Shown in pieces: positions 30,388 to 39,707 of a DNA stretch of 64,000 nt. Position 1 is the first letter of the stretch; every line of letters begins with the position of its first letter. Source of the DNA: Bacteroidota bacterium (lineage in GTDB: Bacteria; Bacteroidota; Bacteroidia; UKL13-3); the NCBI GenBank assembly GCA_027487835.1, contig JAIYCU010000020.1, positions 10,970-74,969 of the forward strand, read 5' to 3'. The translations under genes were made by a program, and so were the position numbers. The notes under the pieces were generated by a model. It saw only the letters and a program-made list of their open reading frames with translations. It was not told the DNA's origin and ran no database searches.

Positions 30388-30788
30388 AGAAATCTGTCTT
30401 TATTTTCAGCACTTGGCATAGGGCAAACATCATATTTCCCAAACCATCGATATCTATGGGCTGCTACCCAATTATACATTTTGCGTGTAGTTGTTTTAGG
30501 CAATATTTTTCCAATACAAATAAGATTAGCAGGAAATCCTAGAATTTGTGCAATTTTAAAAGCAGCATTATCATATTGAAATACCTTTTTTTTATAAATC
30601 AATACGATTGAATCTTGGGCTTCATCTATTTGGTTCAAACCGAGAGATGCTTTGCCAATGCTTGACTGTAAGGCGGCGAAATGGAATTTTTTTTTTCTGT
30701 CTAGCTTTATAATAATTTTAACAAAGCCATTACACAAAGCGCAATGACCATCATAAAGCACTAAAATTTCTATTGCTTCCTTAGCCAT
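30384..30788 (-). CDS. DCC-family thiol-disulfide oxidoreductase (DUF393)
   Basis: LVLYDGHCALCNGFV, the CxxC motif of the DCC1-like family. Confidence 0.75.
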   Translation of the reverse strand: MAKEAIEILVLYDGHCALCNGFVKIIIKLDRKKKFHFAALQSSIGKASLGLNQIDEAQDSIVLIYKKKVFQYDNAAFKIAQILGFPANLICIGKILPKTTTRKMYNWVAAHRYRWFGKYDVCPMPSAENKDRFL

Positions 30789-31185
30789 TTTTTTTAGCCA
30801 ATTCTGGGTTGAACCTAATTGGGCTAAAAACGTAAATCATAATTACACGCGAGTATCTATAGGAAAAGGGTGTAAATAATATGAAGCTTGAAATGATAGG
30901 AATTATATACATCCAGAAGTTGGCCTCCCCAGAACTAAGCAATAAAATTGCACCTCCAATTATGAGCATGAGCGCAACAGAAAACCCATAACTTATATAC
31001 ATTGCACCCCAAAAGAAACCAGGTTCGATTTCAAACTTTAAATTACAAACAGGGCAAGATGCATTCATGTTTGTAAAGTTCTTTAAATCGTAAAATGGAT
31101 GAGTAAACATTTTCCCACTTTGACATTGGGGGCATTTGCACTTCAATAAGGACATTCCTTTTGAAGGTTCGTATAAATCGCACAT
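30781..31185 (-). CDS. DUF983-like zinc-ribbon membrane protein
   Basis: CPQCQSG...CPVCNLKF double CxxC followed by two TM helices; start set at internal Met (MCDLY) so the next ORF is not overlapped. Confidence 0.55.
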   Translation of the reverse strand: MCDLYEPSKGMSLLKCKCPQCQSGKMFTHPFYDLKNFTNMNASCPVCNLKFEIEPGFFWGAMYISYGFSVALMLIIGGAILLLSSGEANFWMYIIPIISSFILFTPFSYRYSRVIMIYVFSPIRFNPELAKKNG

Positions 31186-31186
31186 A

Positions 31187-31444
31187 TTATGGTTGAGTTG
31201 AGAGAGCGTTTTTCTTTTCTTTATACTTTTTAAAGTATATATAGGCAAAGGCACCTGCAATTAGGTAAGGAAGTGCCAATAAATACAGAATGCCATCATT
31301 AATTGTATTTCCTACTTCTGTGCTTCCATTTTGCCTAGCCATTTCTAAGTTGCTTTTACACATAGTGCATTGTGCTAATAGCTCAGGCATTGAAAAAATA
31401 AGTAAGGCCAATAGAAGAAGTGAAAATTGAAGGCTTTTTTTCAT
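31187..31444 (-). CDS. Small exported CxxC protein with C-terminal TM anchor (hypothetical)
   Basis: MKKSLQFSLLLLALLIFS signal, CTMCK motif, C-terminal hydrophobic helix then KKYKEKK. Confidence 0.45.
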   Translation of the reverse strand: MKKSLQFSLLLLALLIFSMPELLAQCTMCKSNLEMARQNGSTEVGNTINDGILYLLALPYLIAGAFAYIYFKKYKEKKNALSTQP

Positions 31445-31446
31445 AA

Positions 31447-31998
31447 TTATGCGGGATAATACGGACTTATCATCAAATAAACGATTACGCCAGTAATCGT
31501 AACATATAACCAAATTGGATAGGCAAATCTCACAATTTTTTTATGTAAATCCACCTGCATCTGAAGACCTCTATAAAAACTTAACAGCACTAGTGGTAAA
31601 ACTAATGCAGCCAATGCAATATGTGAAACTAAAATGACATAATATAAATTTGCGTTAGGTGCATTTTCTGGATAGTAAGTTTGCGGTGCTATCCAATGAA
31701 AAACCACATAGCTAACCAAAAAAACACTGGATAAAGCAAATGCACTAAGGTTTACAGCCTTGTGTGCAGCAATATTTTTGTTTTTTATAAAATATAGTGA
31801 CAGTAGTAATAATATTGTACAAGTGCCATTAATGAATGCATTTAGTTTTGGGAGAAGGTAAGTCCAACTCGGCAATTCGATTGGTGCTGGTAAAACTTTC
31901 CTATTTAAAACGATTACGGCAATAAAAATCAAGACCGAAATGGCCATGATAATTCTAAAAACTAATTTATCTTCCTTTTCCTGGTTGATGGTATTCAT
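31447..31998 (-). CDS. DUF420-family membrane protein (commonly found with caa3 oxidase/SCO genes)
   Basis: 4 TM helices; conserved His residues; C-terminal IWLYVTITGV segment. Confidence 0.55.
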   Translation of the reverse strand: MNTINQEKEDKLVFRIIMAISVLIFIAVIVLNRKVLPAPIELPSWTYLLPKLNAFINGTCTILLLLSLYFIKNKNIAAHKAVNLSAFALSSVFLVSYVVFHWIAPQTYYPENAPNANLYYVILVSHIALAALVLPLVLLSFYRGLQMQVDLHKKIVRFAYPIWLYVTITGVIVYLMISPYYPA

Positions 31999-32635
31999 AC
32001 AAAAGTACTTTTAAATCTTCTTCTAAATGCTTAATGTCAATGTCGCTTCCGCTATCATAAACGCCTCTAACATGTTTAGATTTGTCTATTAATATTAACT
32101 GCTGACTATGATCAATTGTTTTGTCTTCAATAGAAACTGGTAATAGCATTCCTTGACCAATGGCAAAAACGCCATCCACTCCTGAATTTACGAAATGCCA
32201 GATTTTAGGATCAGCTTCATATTTTTTGCTGTATGTAAGCAATACAGAGGTACTGTCATTTGCTGGGTCTACAGTAAAAGAAACAAATTTAACTTCTGCA
32301 AACTCTTTAAACCGTGTATATACTTTTTGTAATCTTCTATTCATAGAAGGGCATACATCCTTGCAGCTAGCAAAAAAGAAATTGGCAACAAAAATGTTAT
32401 TACTCAAATCATTGGAATGAAGGGTATCGCCACTTTGATCAATCCCCATAAAGTCGGGAATTGAATAGTAGATAGTATCCTTAATTCCGATGCCATCGGG
32501 AGCAATTCTTTCACCTAAAAAGGGAAGTTTTTTAAAATTTTGACTGCCCGCATTCAGCATATAAAAAATAACAACCGGCACTACAAGTAGTCCGGTTGCT
32601 ATAAAGAATCCTTTTTTTTTCATTATTTGAGCCAT
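31967..32635 (-). CDS. SCO1/SenC copper chaperone
   Basis: Thioredoxin fold with FFFASCKDVCP (CxxxC) and a conserved His further downstream. Confidence 0.85.
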   Translation of the reverse strand: MAQIMKKKGFFIATGLLVVPVVIFYMLNAGSQNFKKLPFLGERIAPDGIGIKDTIYYSIPDFMGIDQSGDTLHSNDLSNNIFVANFFFASCKDVCPSMNRRLQKVYTRFKEFAEVKFVSFTVDPANDSTSVLLTYSKKYEADPKIWHFVNSGVDGVFAIGQGMLLPVSIEDKTIDHSQQLILIDKSKHVRGVYDSGSDIDIKHLEEDLKVLLYEYHQPGKGR

Positions 32636-32955
32636 CTCAAAACGTTTGTGAAATCGCCTTCAATTAGCATGAGGGCAACAAAGAAAATTACAAAAACCAT
32701 TGGAAGTACGATTGTGTACATTAAGGCTTTCTTTTCAAATTTCATGTGCATAAATACACCCACAATATAGTATGCTTTAACAACACCAAGTATAATAAAT
32801 ACCCAATTCTTCCACATTGCATGTGTGCTCAAGAGCACAAAATAAAGCACAATATCTACAACAGTGAAGGCCAATAAAATCCAGAATGTTTTCCAAATCT
32901 GGCTCTTCATATCCGAAGGAGTTTCTGTGTGTTCTAAATGTTCTGTATGTTCCAT
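32623..32955 (-). CDS. Cytochrome c oxidase subunit IV (caa3-type, small 3-TM subunit)
   Basis: 110 aa, three TM helices, immediately downstream of the subunit III genes. Confidence 0.65.
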   Translation of the reverse strand: MEHTEHLEHTETPSDMKSQIWKTFWILLAFTVVDIVLYFVLLSTHAMWKNWVFIILGVVKAYYIVGVFMHMKFEKKALMYTIVLPMVFVIFFVALMLIEGDFTNVLRWLK

Positions 32956-32973
32956 TTTAAAATAGTTTTAGCG

Positions 32974-33726
32974 TTAAATTAAGTAGAAGAAAGTAAATAC
33001 AAATACCCATACTAAGTCTACGAAATGCCAGTATAAACCAACTTTTTCAACCATTTCATAGTGACCTCTTTTTTGGTAGGTGCCATCTAATACATTAAAA
33101 TAGATAATTATATTAAGCATTACCCCAGAGAATACGTGAAAGCCATGGAATCCTGTAACAATAAAGAACAGCGCTGCGAATGAGGTTGGTCCAAATGGGT
33201 TGCCATGTAAAGTTGCTCCTTCTCCAATAAAGGTTGTCCATTCCCAAGCTTGACAACCTAAGAAGGCTGCACCACCAATAATGGTTAGGAACATATATTT
33301 AGAAACTTCATCTTTAGCCATGCGGTGACCAGCCTCTACAGCAAGTACCATAGTTACTGAACTAAAGATTAGGATAAAGGTCATTAAACTTACGAAAAAC
33401 AATGGTAAATGCATACCATGCACAAAAGGGAAGTGATTAAATACCAATTCTGGCGAAGGCCAATGGTCTTTAACAAACAAACCAACATCTCCCATTTCTT
33501 TCACGAATTCGTGACTCAAATGATTGAATGGTTTTACGATAGTGTTTCTGATGGGCTCTAAAAATGAGTAACGGATAAAGCCGTACGCAATTAGTAAAGA
33601 AGAAAAAGTGAAGGCATCAGAAAGCAGAAATATCCACATCATGAGCTTACCATAGCTCACACTAAAGGGTGATTTACCGCCACCCCAGGTGAATTTACTG
33701 TTTGTTGTTAAGGTGTTTGTAGCCAT
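32974..33726 (-). CDS. Cytochrome c oxidase subunit III
   Basis: Heme-copper oxidase subunit III helices; FHGFHV and WHFVDLVW motifs. Confidence 0.85.
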   Translation of the reverse strand: MATNTLTTNSKFTWGGGKSPFSVSYGKLMMWIFLLSDAFTFSSLLIAYGFIRYSFLEPIRNTIVKPFNHLSHEFVKEMGDVGLFVKDHWPSPELVFNHFPFVHGMHLPLFFVSLMTFILIFSSVTMVLAVEAGHRMAKDEVSKYMFLTIIGGAAFLGCQAWEWTTFIGEGATLHGNPFGPTSFAALFFIVTGFHGFHVFSGVMLNIIIYFNVLDGTYQKRGHYEMVEKVGLYWHFVDLVWVFVFTFFYLI

Positions 33727-33752
33727 TGTTCAATTATGCTTGTTTAGGTTAA

Positions 33753-34343
33753 TTAGCGATATAAGTATAAAAATAAATATAAATAAATCCAAAGTATGCC
33801 AATAAAATGCCAGTAGGTGAGGCACATATTTAAATAAAGTTGGAAACTGTTGGACAAGATTCGTTTAAAAGACAGTCCCCACATAATAAATAAAAAAACG
33901 AGTCCACCAATTACATGTGCCAAATGTAATCCAGAGATTACATATACAAAAGAGTTAGAAGGATTAGAGAAGGCAAAAAATACATTGTTGGCTATCAATT
34001 GTTGGTAGGCAAAGAACTGCCCAAAGCAAAATGATAATCCCAAGGCTACAGTTATCCCAAGGAATAATTTTGTTCTCCCGGATTGATTATTTTTAGCACT
34101 CCAAAACGCCAATTGCATAAATATGGATGAAACCACTGCAATAATAGTATTTACTAGAAAAAGAGAAGGTAATTCAAATACCTCCCAATTTCCCTCACCA
34201 CGTCTTACAATATAGGCAGAGGTGAATCCTGCGAATAACATTACACTTGCTACAATTAATAACCATAACACAAATTTCTTTGGGTTAATAATGTAGTTTT
34301 CTTCTTCTTTATATACAGTTTGCATGTTGTTAAATTTTGTCAA
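33753..34343 (-). CDS. Cytochrome c oxidase subunit III-like protein (second paralog)
   Basis: 196 aa, 5 TM, GLHLAHVIGG and YWHFIGILW motifs typical of the subunit III family. Confidence 0.75.
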   Translation of the reverse strand: MTKFNNMQTVYKEEENYIINPKKFVLWLLIVASVMLFAGFTSAYIVRRGEGNWEVFELPSLFLVNTIIAVVSSIFMQLAFWSAKNNQSGRTKLFLGITVALGLSFCFGQFFAYQQLIANNVFFAFSNPSNSFVYVISGLHLAHVIGGLVFLFIMWGLSFKRILSNSFQLYLNMCLTYWHFIGILWIYLYLFLYLYR

Positions 34344-35241
34344 ATAAATAAGCTAATTGCACAATCGGAAGGTATACGAAGGAAGCAAACATTAGTTTTT
34401 TTGCATCCTTTGTTTCACAGGTTTTAAGGAGTCGAAACGAATAAAAGCTTAGCATTAAACCACCCAATACACCAACCACACCAGAACTTATGCCAGTTAT
34501 ACCATATTGCATAGGAAGCATTCCTAATGGAATAAGTACTAAACTAAAAATCAAAGTTTGTAAAGCAGTGCCTTTATCCCTTCCAGGTGTAGAAGGTAAC
34601 ATTTTGAAGCCTGCTCTTTTATAATCATCGTCTAAGATCCAAGCAATGCTCCAAAAGTGAGGAAATTGCCAGAAAAATTGAACCGCAAATAAAATGATAG
34701 CAGGGGTGTCAATACTTCCGCTGTAAGCAACCCATCCCAACATGGTAGGGATAGCACCTGGAAAAGCCCCCACAAAAACTGATATGGGAGAGATTCTTTT
34801 AAGTGGCGTGTAAATGAATGCATAGCTTATCAAGGCAAAAAAGGCTAACCAACCTGAGGCTGAATTAAGGTAATAGCCAATGATAAATACTCCAGCTAAG
34901 CCCATTATTAAACAAATTATTGAAGCCTCTAGCACACTCATTCGGTTAGTAGCAACAGGTCTGTTGGCGGTTCTAACCATTAATTTATCATAATCTTTTT
35001 CAATAATTTGATTAATTCCATTAGAGGCTCCTGTTACTAGAAAACCTCCAATTGTAAGCATGGCTACTTCAAACCAATTAATAGCCCCTTGACATGCAGT
35101 TAGGTAAGTAACTACAGAGGAGAACACGACCAGAAAGGTAAGCCTAAACTTTACCAGTTGGTTAAAGTCGCTCGCCTTTGACCTGAAGAAACTCATTTCT
35201 CCGTTAAGGTTATTTTCTATGACTGAAGTTTTAACTTCCAC
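34330..35241 (-). CDS. ctaB: Protoheme IX farnesyltransferase (heme O synthase)
   Basis: UbiA prenyltransferase fold; GASNGINQIIEKDYDKLMVRTANRP motif. Confidence 0.9.
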   Translation of the reverse strand: MEVKTSVIENNLNGEMSFFRSKASDFNQLVKFRLTFLVVFSSVVTYLTACQGAINWFEVAMLTIGGFLVTGASNGINQIIEKDYDKLMVRTANRPVATNRMSVLEASIICLIMGLAGVFIIGYYLNSASGWLAFFALISYAFIYTPLKRISPISVFVGAFPGAIPTMLGWVAYSGSIDTPAIILFAVQFFWQFPHFWSIAWILDDDYKRAGFKMLPSTPGRDKGTALQTLIFSLVLIPLGMLPMQYGITGISSGVVGVLGGLMLSFYSFRLLKTCETKDAKKLMFASFVYLPIVQLAYLFDKI

Positions 35242-35245
35242 TGTT

Positions 35246-36154
35246 TTATTTTTCTTCTAAAAAGGTTGTTTTGCTAAAAGCAAGAATGAAAATGAAAATT
35301 TGCAATCCTGCTGTTAAGCTGCCCAATGTTAAATGAATGCTTTGGGCATTCCCCGGAAAGCTAAGGTTAGCTAACACGGCTCCTGTAAATGTTTGAGCAC
35401 ACATCATAAGGATTACTGCAAGCGAGGCTTTGTATAAAATACTATTGCGTTCAAATAATTTTTTGAACCTTAAATGAAGGAATACTGCTAAGCCTATATT
35501 TATAAGGCTCCAACTTCTGTGTACATAAAATACCCAGTCCATTTCATTTAACCAAAGGTCTCTGTTGTCAATTCTTTTGGCAATTTCATCAACTGATTCT
35601 CTTACCTGTGTGCCTAAGATAATTTGAATAAACATTACAAACATCATTAGCAAAACTAAAGGTTTAAGCATTGAATCTGGTTTTGCCATTCGAATTACAA
35701 AATCCTGACTTGCGGTGATGGTATAAATTAGCAAGGCCACAATTAATAAAGCTATCAACATATGGATAGTAACCATATATATTGCTAAATCAGTTGAAAC
35801 TACTTTTGCTCCTATCCATGCTTGAAAAGCTACAAGGACAAAGGATAACAAGCTCAACCAAAAGATTTTCTTATTCTCAGTTTTTAAATAAGGAAAAGAA
35901 AATATAAGGGTTAAGAAAATGAAAATACCAATTAATACACCCACTAAACGGTTATAATATTCCGTCCAAGTTTTAAATGCATCAAAGTCGGCTATTTCTT
36001 TACCTGCTACTGCAAATTTAGTTTTATAGTCTGCTGGCAGTTCACTGATATCAGAAGGGGGTACCCATTGTCCAAAGCATTTTGGCCAATCTGGGCAACC
36101 CATTCCACTTCCAGTGCTGCGTACTAATCCACCAACGAATATGAGAAAGAACAC
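35246..36154 (-). CDS. ctaA: Heme A synthase (COX15/CtaA)
   Basis: LVRSTGSGMGCPDWPKCFG N-terminal motif; 8 TM with conserved His pairs. Confidence 0.85.
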   Translation of the reverse strand: MFFLIFVGGLVRSTGSGMGCPDWPKCFGQWVPPSDISELPADYKTKFAVAGKEIADFDAFKTWTEYYNRLVGVLIGIFIFLTLIFSFPYLKTENKKIFWLSLLSFVLVAFQAWIGAKVVSTDLAIYMVTIHMLIALLIVALLIYTITASQDFVIRMAKPDSMLKPLVLLMMFVMFIQIILGTQVRESVDEIAKRIDNRDLWLNEMDWVFYVHRSWSLINIGLAVFLHLRFKKLFERNSILYKASLAVILMMCAQTFTGAVLANLSFPGNAQSIHLTLGSLTAGLQIFIFILAFSKTTFLEEK

Positions 36155-36222
36155 GGCTGCTATGGTTAGTATACCAAGGCGCCTAAATCGTATTTGCTTT
36201 TTAAGTTCGATAATCTTGTTGT

Positions 36223-38070
36223 TTAGTGAGATGCCTCAGCTGAAACAGCAGATTTAACCGATACTTCAGGCAACCCTACAGCTTCTTCCAATGGGTCAAC
36301 CTGACCTGCATCAGGCACGTTTTGAGGAATGAAGTCTACCTCTGAACCTGGCTTGCTGTAGTCATAGGCCCAACGGTATACATGAGGAATTTCACCAGGC
36401 CAGTTACCATGTAAATGCTCAACTGGGGCTGTCCATTCTAAGGTATTTGAATTCCAAGGATTTTGCGGTGCACGTCTGCCTTTGAATATACTGTAAAAGA
36501 AATTAGCCAAGAAAATTAATTGGGCAATACCACCAAGCATTGCTGCAATTGTAATAAACTGGTTCATGTCAACAAAAACATTGAACTGATCGTATGCTGT
36601 ATTTGCATAGTACCTTCTTGGAACACCTGCTAAACCCATGAAGTGCATCGGGAAGAATACACAGTAGGCAGAGATTAGGGTCAACCAGAAATGTATGTGA
36701 CCAGCTGTCTCATTCAACATTCTACCAAACATTCTTGGATACCAATGGTAAATACCACTCATCATTCCAAAAATTGCAGCACTACCCATTACCAAATGGA
36801 AGTGGGCCACAACAAAATAAGTATCGTGAAGATTAATATCTAAGGCAGCATTACCAAGGTAAATACCAGTTAAACCACCTGAGATAAATAAAGAAACTAA
36901 GCCGATTGCAAACATCATTGCCGGAGTTAGCTTTAAATTTCCTTGCCATAATGTAGCAAGATAGTTAAAGGTCTTAACTGCTGAAGGTACTGCAATAATT
37001 AAGGTTCCTAACATGAAAACAGAACCTAAGAATGGATTCATACCTGTAATAAACATGTGGTGACCCCAAACAATAAAGGATAGAATTCCGATGGCTAGGA
37101 TTGAACCAATCATGGCACGGTATCCAAAAATTGGTTTTCTTGAATTAGTTGCAATAACTTCTGAAGTAATACCTAAGGCTGGTAATAAGATAATATATAC
37201 CTCTGGATGTCCTAAGAACCAGAAAAGATGTTGAAACAAAATTGGTGAACCACCTGTACGTTCGATGCCACCTGCAAATTCAGCAACAATTTCTGATAAG
37301 TAAAAAGAAGTACCGAAACTTCTATCAAAAATTAATAATAATGAACCTCCCAATAATACAGGGAAAGATAATAAACCTAAAATAGCAGTTGTTAAAAAGG
37401 CCCAAATGGTTAAAGGCATACGAGACATTTTCATGCCTTTTGTGCGCATATTTAAAATGGTTGCAATGTAATTGATACCTCCTAGTAAAGAAGAAGCGAT
37501 AAATAAAACCATAGCAACTAGCCAAAGTGTCATACCAGTTCCAGATCCTGGGATGGCCTTAGGCAATGCAGATAAAGGAGGATAAACCGTCCATCCAGCA
37601 GAGGCTGGTCCACCCTCAACAAATAAAGACCAAAGTAAAACCACAGAAGAGGTGAAGAAGAACCAATAAGACAACATATTCATAAATGGAGAGGCCATAT
37701 CTCTAGCACCTACTTGTAATGGAATCAATAAGTTAGAAAAAGTTCCACTTAAACCAGCTGTTAATACGTAAAATACCATGATGGTACCATGAATGGTTAT
37801 CAAGGCTAAATAGAAATTTGGATCTAGTTTACCATCTTTACCCCAGTGACCTAAGATACCTTCAAGAAAAGGGAAGGTCATGTTTGGATAAGCTAATTGT
37901 AAACGGAAAATCAAAGACATTAACATTCCAATGGTACCCATAATGATACCAGTGATGAGAAATTGCCTTGCAATCATTTTGTGGTCCATACTAAAGATAT
38001 ACTTCGTGATGAAGTTATCCTCATGGTGCTCATGATCGTCGTGGCTGTGTGTTAAGTTGTGATCGCTCAT
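36223..38070 (-). CDS. ctaD: Cytochrome c oxidase subunit I
   Basis: 615 aa, 12+ TM, WFFGHPEVYI and HHMF(T) motifs. Confidence 0.95.
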   Translation of the reverse strand: MSDHNLTHSHDDHEHHEDNFITKYIFSMDHKMIARQFLITGIIMGTIGMLMSLIFRLQLAYPNMTFPFLEGILGHWGKDGKLDPNFYLALITIHGTIMVFYVLTAGLSGTFSNLLIPLQVGARDMASPFMNMLSYWFFFTSSVVLLWSLFVEGGPASAGWTVYPPLSALPKAIPGSGTGMTLWLVAMVLFIASSLLGGINYIATILNMRTKGMKMSRMPLTIWAFLTTAILGLLSFPVLLGGSLLLIFDRSFGTSFYLSEIVAEFAGGIERTGGSPILFQHLFWFLGHPEVYIILLPALGITSEVIATNSRKPIFGYRAMIGSILAIGILSFIVWGHHMFITGMNPFLGSVFMLGTLIIAVPSAVKTFNYLATLWQGNLKLTPAMMFAIGLVSLFISGGLTGIYLGNAALDINLHDTYFVVAHFHLVMGSAAIFGMMSGIYHWYPRMFGRMLNETAGHIHFWLTLISAYCVFFPMHFMGLAGVPRRYYANTAYDQFNVFVDMNQFITIAAMLGGIAQLIFLANFFYSIFKGRRAPQNPWNSNTLEWTAPVEHLHGNWPGEIPHVYRWAYDYSKPGSEVDFIPQNVPDAGQVDPLEEAVGLPEVSVKSAVSAEASH

Positions 38071-38106
38071 ATAAAGTAGTAAGTTATTGTTTAATTGATT
38101 TAGAAA

Positions 38107-39537
38107 TTAGTTCATTGCAACTGGGGCATTGGCACTTTTGCCTGCAACTAATACCGGTTGTGATTTTAACCATTTTTGGTAGTCTTCCTTAGTATCTACT
38201 ACCACTTTCATTTTCATTCGATAATGTGCACCGCCACAAATTTTATTACATAATAGAATGTAATCAAAGTTTGAATCGTTTTTCTTGGTTCTCATTTCCG
38301 CTGTAGTAACAGTTGGCGTGAAGTGGAAACGAGTTGGCAAACCAGGAACAACGTTCATTTGCGCTCTGAAATGCGGGAAGTAGGCAGAGTGAATTACGTC
38401 TTTAGCTCTAAATGCAAATTCTACTGGTTCGTTTACTTCTAAATGCAATTCATTTACAATTATGTCATCATAGGCATTTACATCTGCTGTATCTACTCCT
38501 AATGCATTCACTTTTCCAACTTGTCTAAAATCATGCTTTCCCAATTTGTTATCAGCACCTGCATGGCGGGCATTCCAGCCAAATTGGTAAGCAAATATTT
38601 CTACATTTCTAGTGTTAGGTTCTGTTTTGGCTGTCATATGACTCCAAGTAATTAATCCACGAATTACAAGCACCGTTAAAACAACAGCGGGAACAGCAGT
38701 CCACCATAGTTCTAGTTTATGATTATCGGCATAGTAAAGGGCTTTTCTTTTCCCATCCGATTTGTATTTGAAACCATACCAGAAAAGTAGTATTTGTGTA
38801 ATGATGAATACAATTCCTGTGATAATAAGGGTTATCATAAACATGTTATCGTATTCCACACCATGCGCTGAGGCAGGTCCTTCATTAAAATAAGTTAGTT
38901 TTCCATGTACTATAAATTCCCAAGTTCCAGCTATTAGTCCTACCACCACAAATACCAACATAAGAACAGCGTTCACTGAATTCCAATTAATTGCTGGCTT
39001 TCCTTGTATATCACTAATTCTACCGAGGATAATAAACACGTACCTAATTACGCCTAACAATAGCACTCCAATTAATAATAATAACCAATTAATGGAAGAA
39101 GAAAGATCATTTCCATCTTCACTTGGCGGAACATTACCTGGAGTTGTTGCTGCTACTGCTGCGGTGGCAGCAGGTGCTTCGCTTTCGGCTTTTACATAAG
39201 CAATGATTGATTTAATTTGATTGTCTGAGAGATTTTCAAATGCAGTCATTGGACTTTCATTATTCTCTTTGTAAAGCTGAACAGCAACAGCATCGCCGCT
39301 TGCAATTAGTTTTTGAGAATTTTTAATCCATTTTACCAACCAAGCTTCTTCTCTTCTCTTATGAACATCTTTAAGCGCTGGCCCAACCACTTTATCATTT
39401 ATGGCATGGCATGAGGTACAATTTGCCTGAAATAGCGTTTTTCCTTCTTCAGCACTTTGTGCAAAAAGGCCTGAAATTAAAGAAAACGTGAGCGCCATTA
39501 CGAGGGCTGTTTTCGGTAACAGTTTGAAAATCTTCAT
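38107..39537 (-). CDS. Cytochrome c oxidase subunit II with N-terminal cytochrome c domain
   Basis: Signal peptide; CTSCH heme-binding motif; two TM helices; CuA site H...CNKICGGAHYRM. Confidence 0.9.
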   Translation of the reverse strand: MKIFKLLPKTALVMALTFSLISGLFAQSAEEGKTLFQANCTSCHAINDKVVGPALKDVHKRREEAWLVKWIKNSQKLIASGDAVAVQLYKENNESPMTAFENLSDNQIKSIIAYVKAESEAPAATAAVAATTPGNVPPSEDGNDLSSSINWLLLLIGVLLLGVIRYVFIILGRISDIQGKPAINWNSVNAVLMLVFVVVGLIAGTWEFIVHGKLTYFNEGPASAHGVEYDNMFMITLIITGIVFIITQILLFWYGFKYKSDGKRKALYYADNHKLELWWTAVPAVVLTVLVIRGLITWSHMTAKTEPNTRNVEIFAYQFGWNARHAGADNKLGKHDFRQVGKVNALGVDTADVNAYDDIIVNELHLEVNEPVEFAFRAKDVIHSAYFPHFRAQMNVVPGLPTRFHFTPTVTTAEMRTKKNDSNFDYILLCNKICGGAHYRMKMKVVVDTKEDYQKWLKSQPVLVAGKSANAPVAMN

Positions 39538-39707
39538 CTTTTTTAGATTATTGATAGGATTACAGTTAGGTTAAATTGCGGTGCAATATAGTAAAGTAAT
39601 TTTTTTGCAATACTTGATTTTTTAAACAAAGTATTTTTTTTTGAAATTCACTTAAAAAAAAACCATATATCTATTGAACATGAGAGTTTTCCTAAGGTTT
39701 TAATTTT

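Noticed and set aside
39538-39707. AT-rich intergenic region with multiple A/T homopolymer runs (T9-T10) upstream of coxII
   Set aside because: Consistent with an ordinary AT-rich Bacteroidota promoter/UP region; runs are under 11 nt, unlike the 22-nt tract at 19635.
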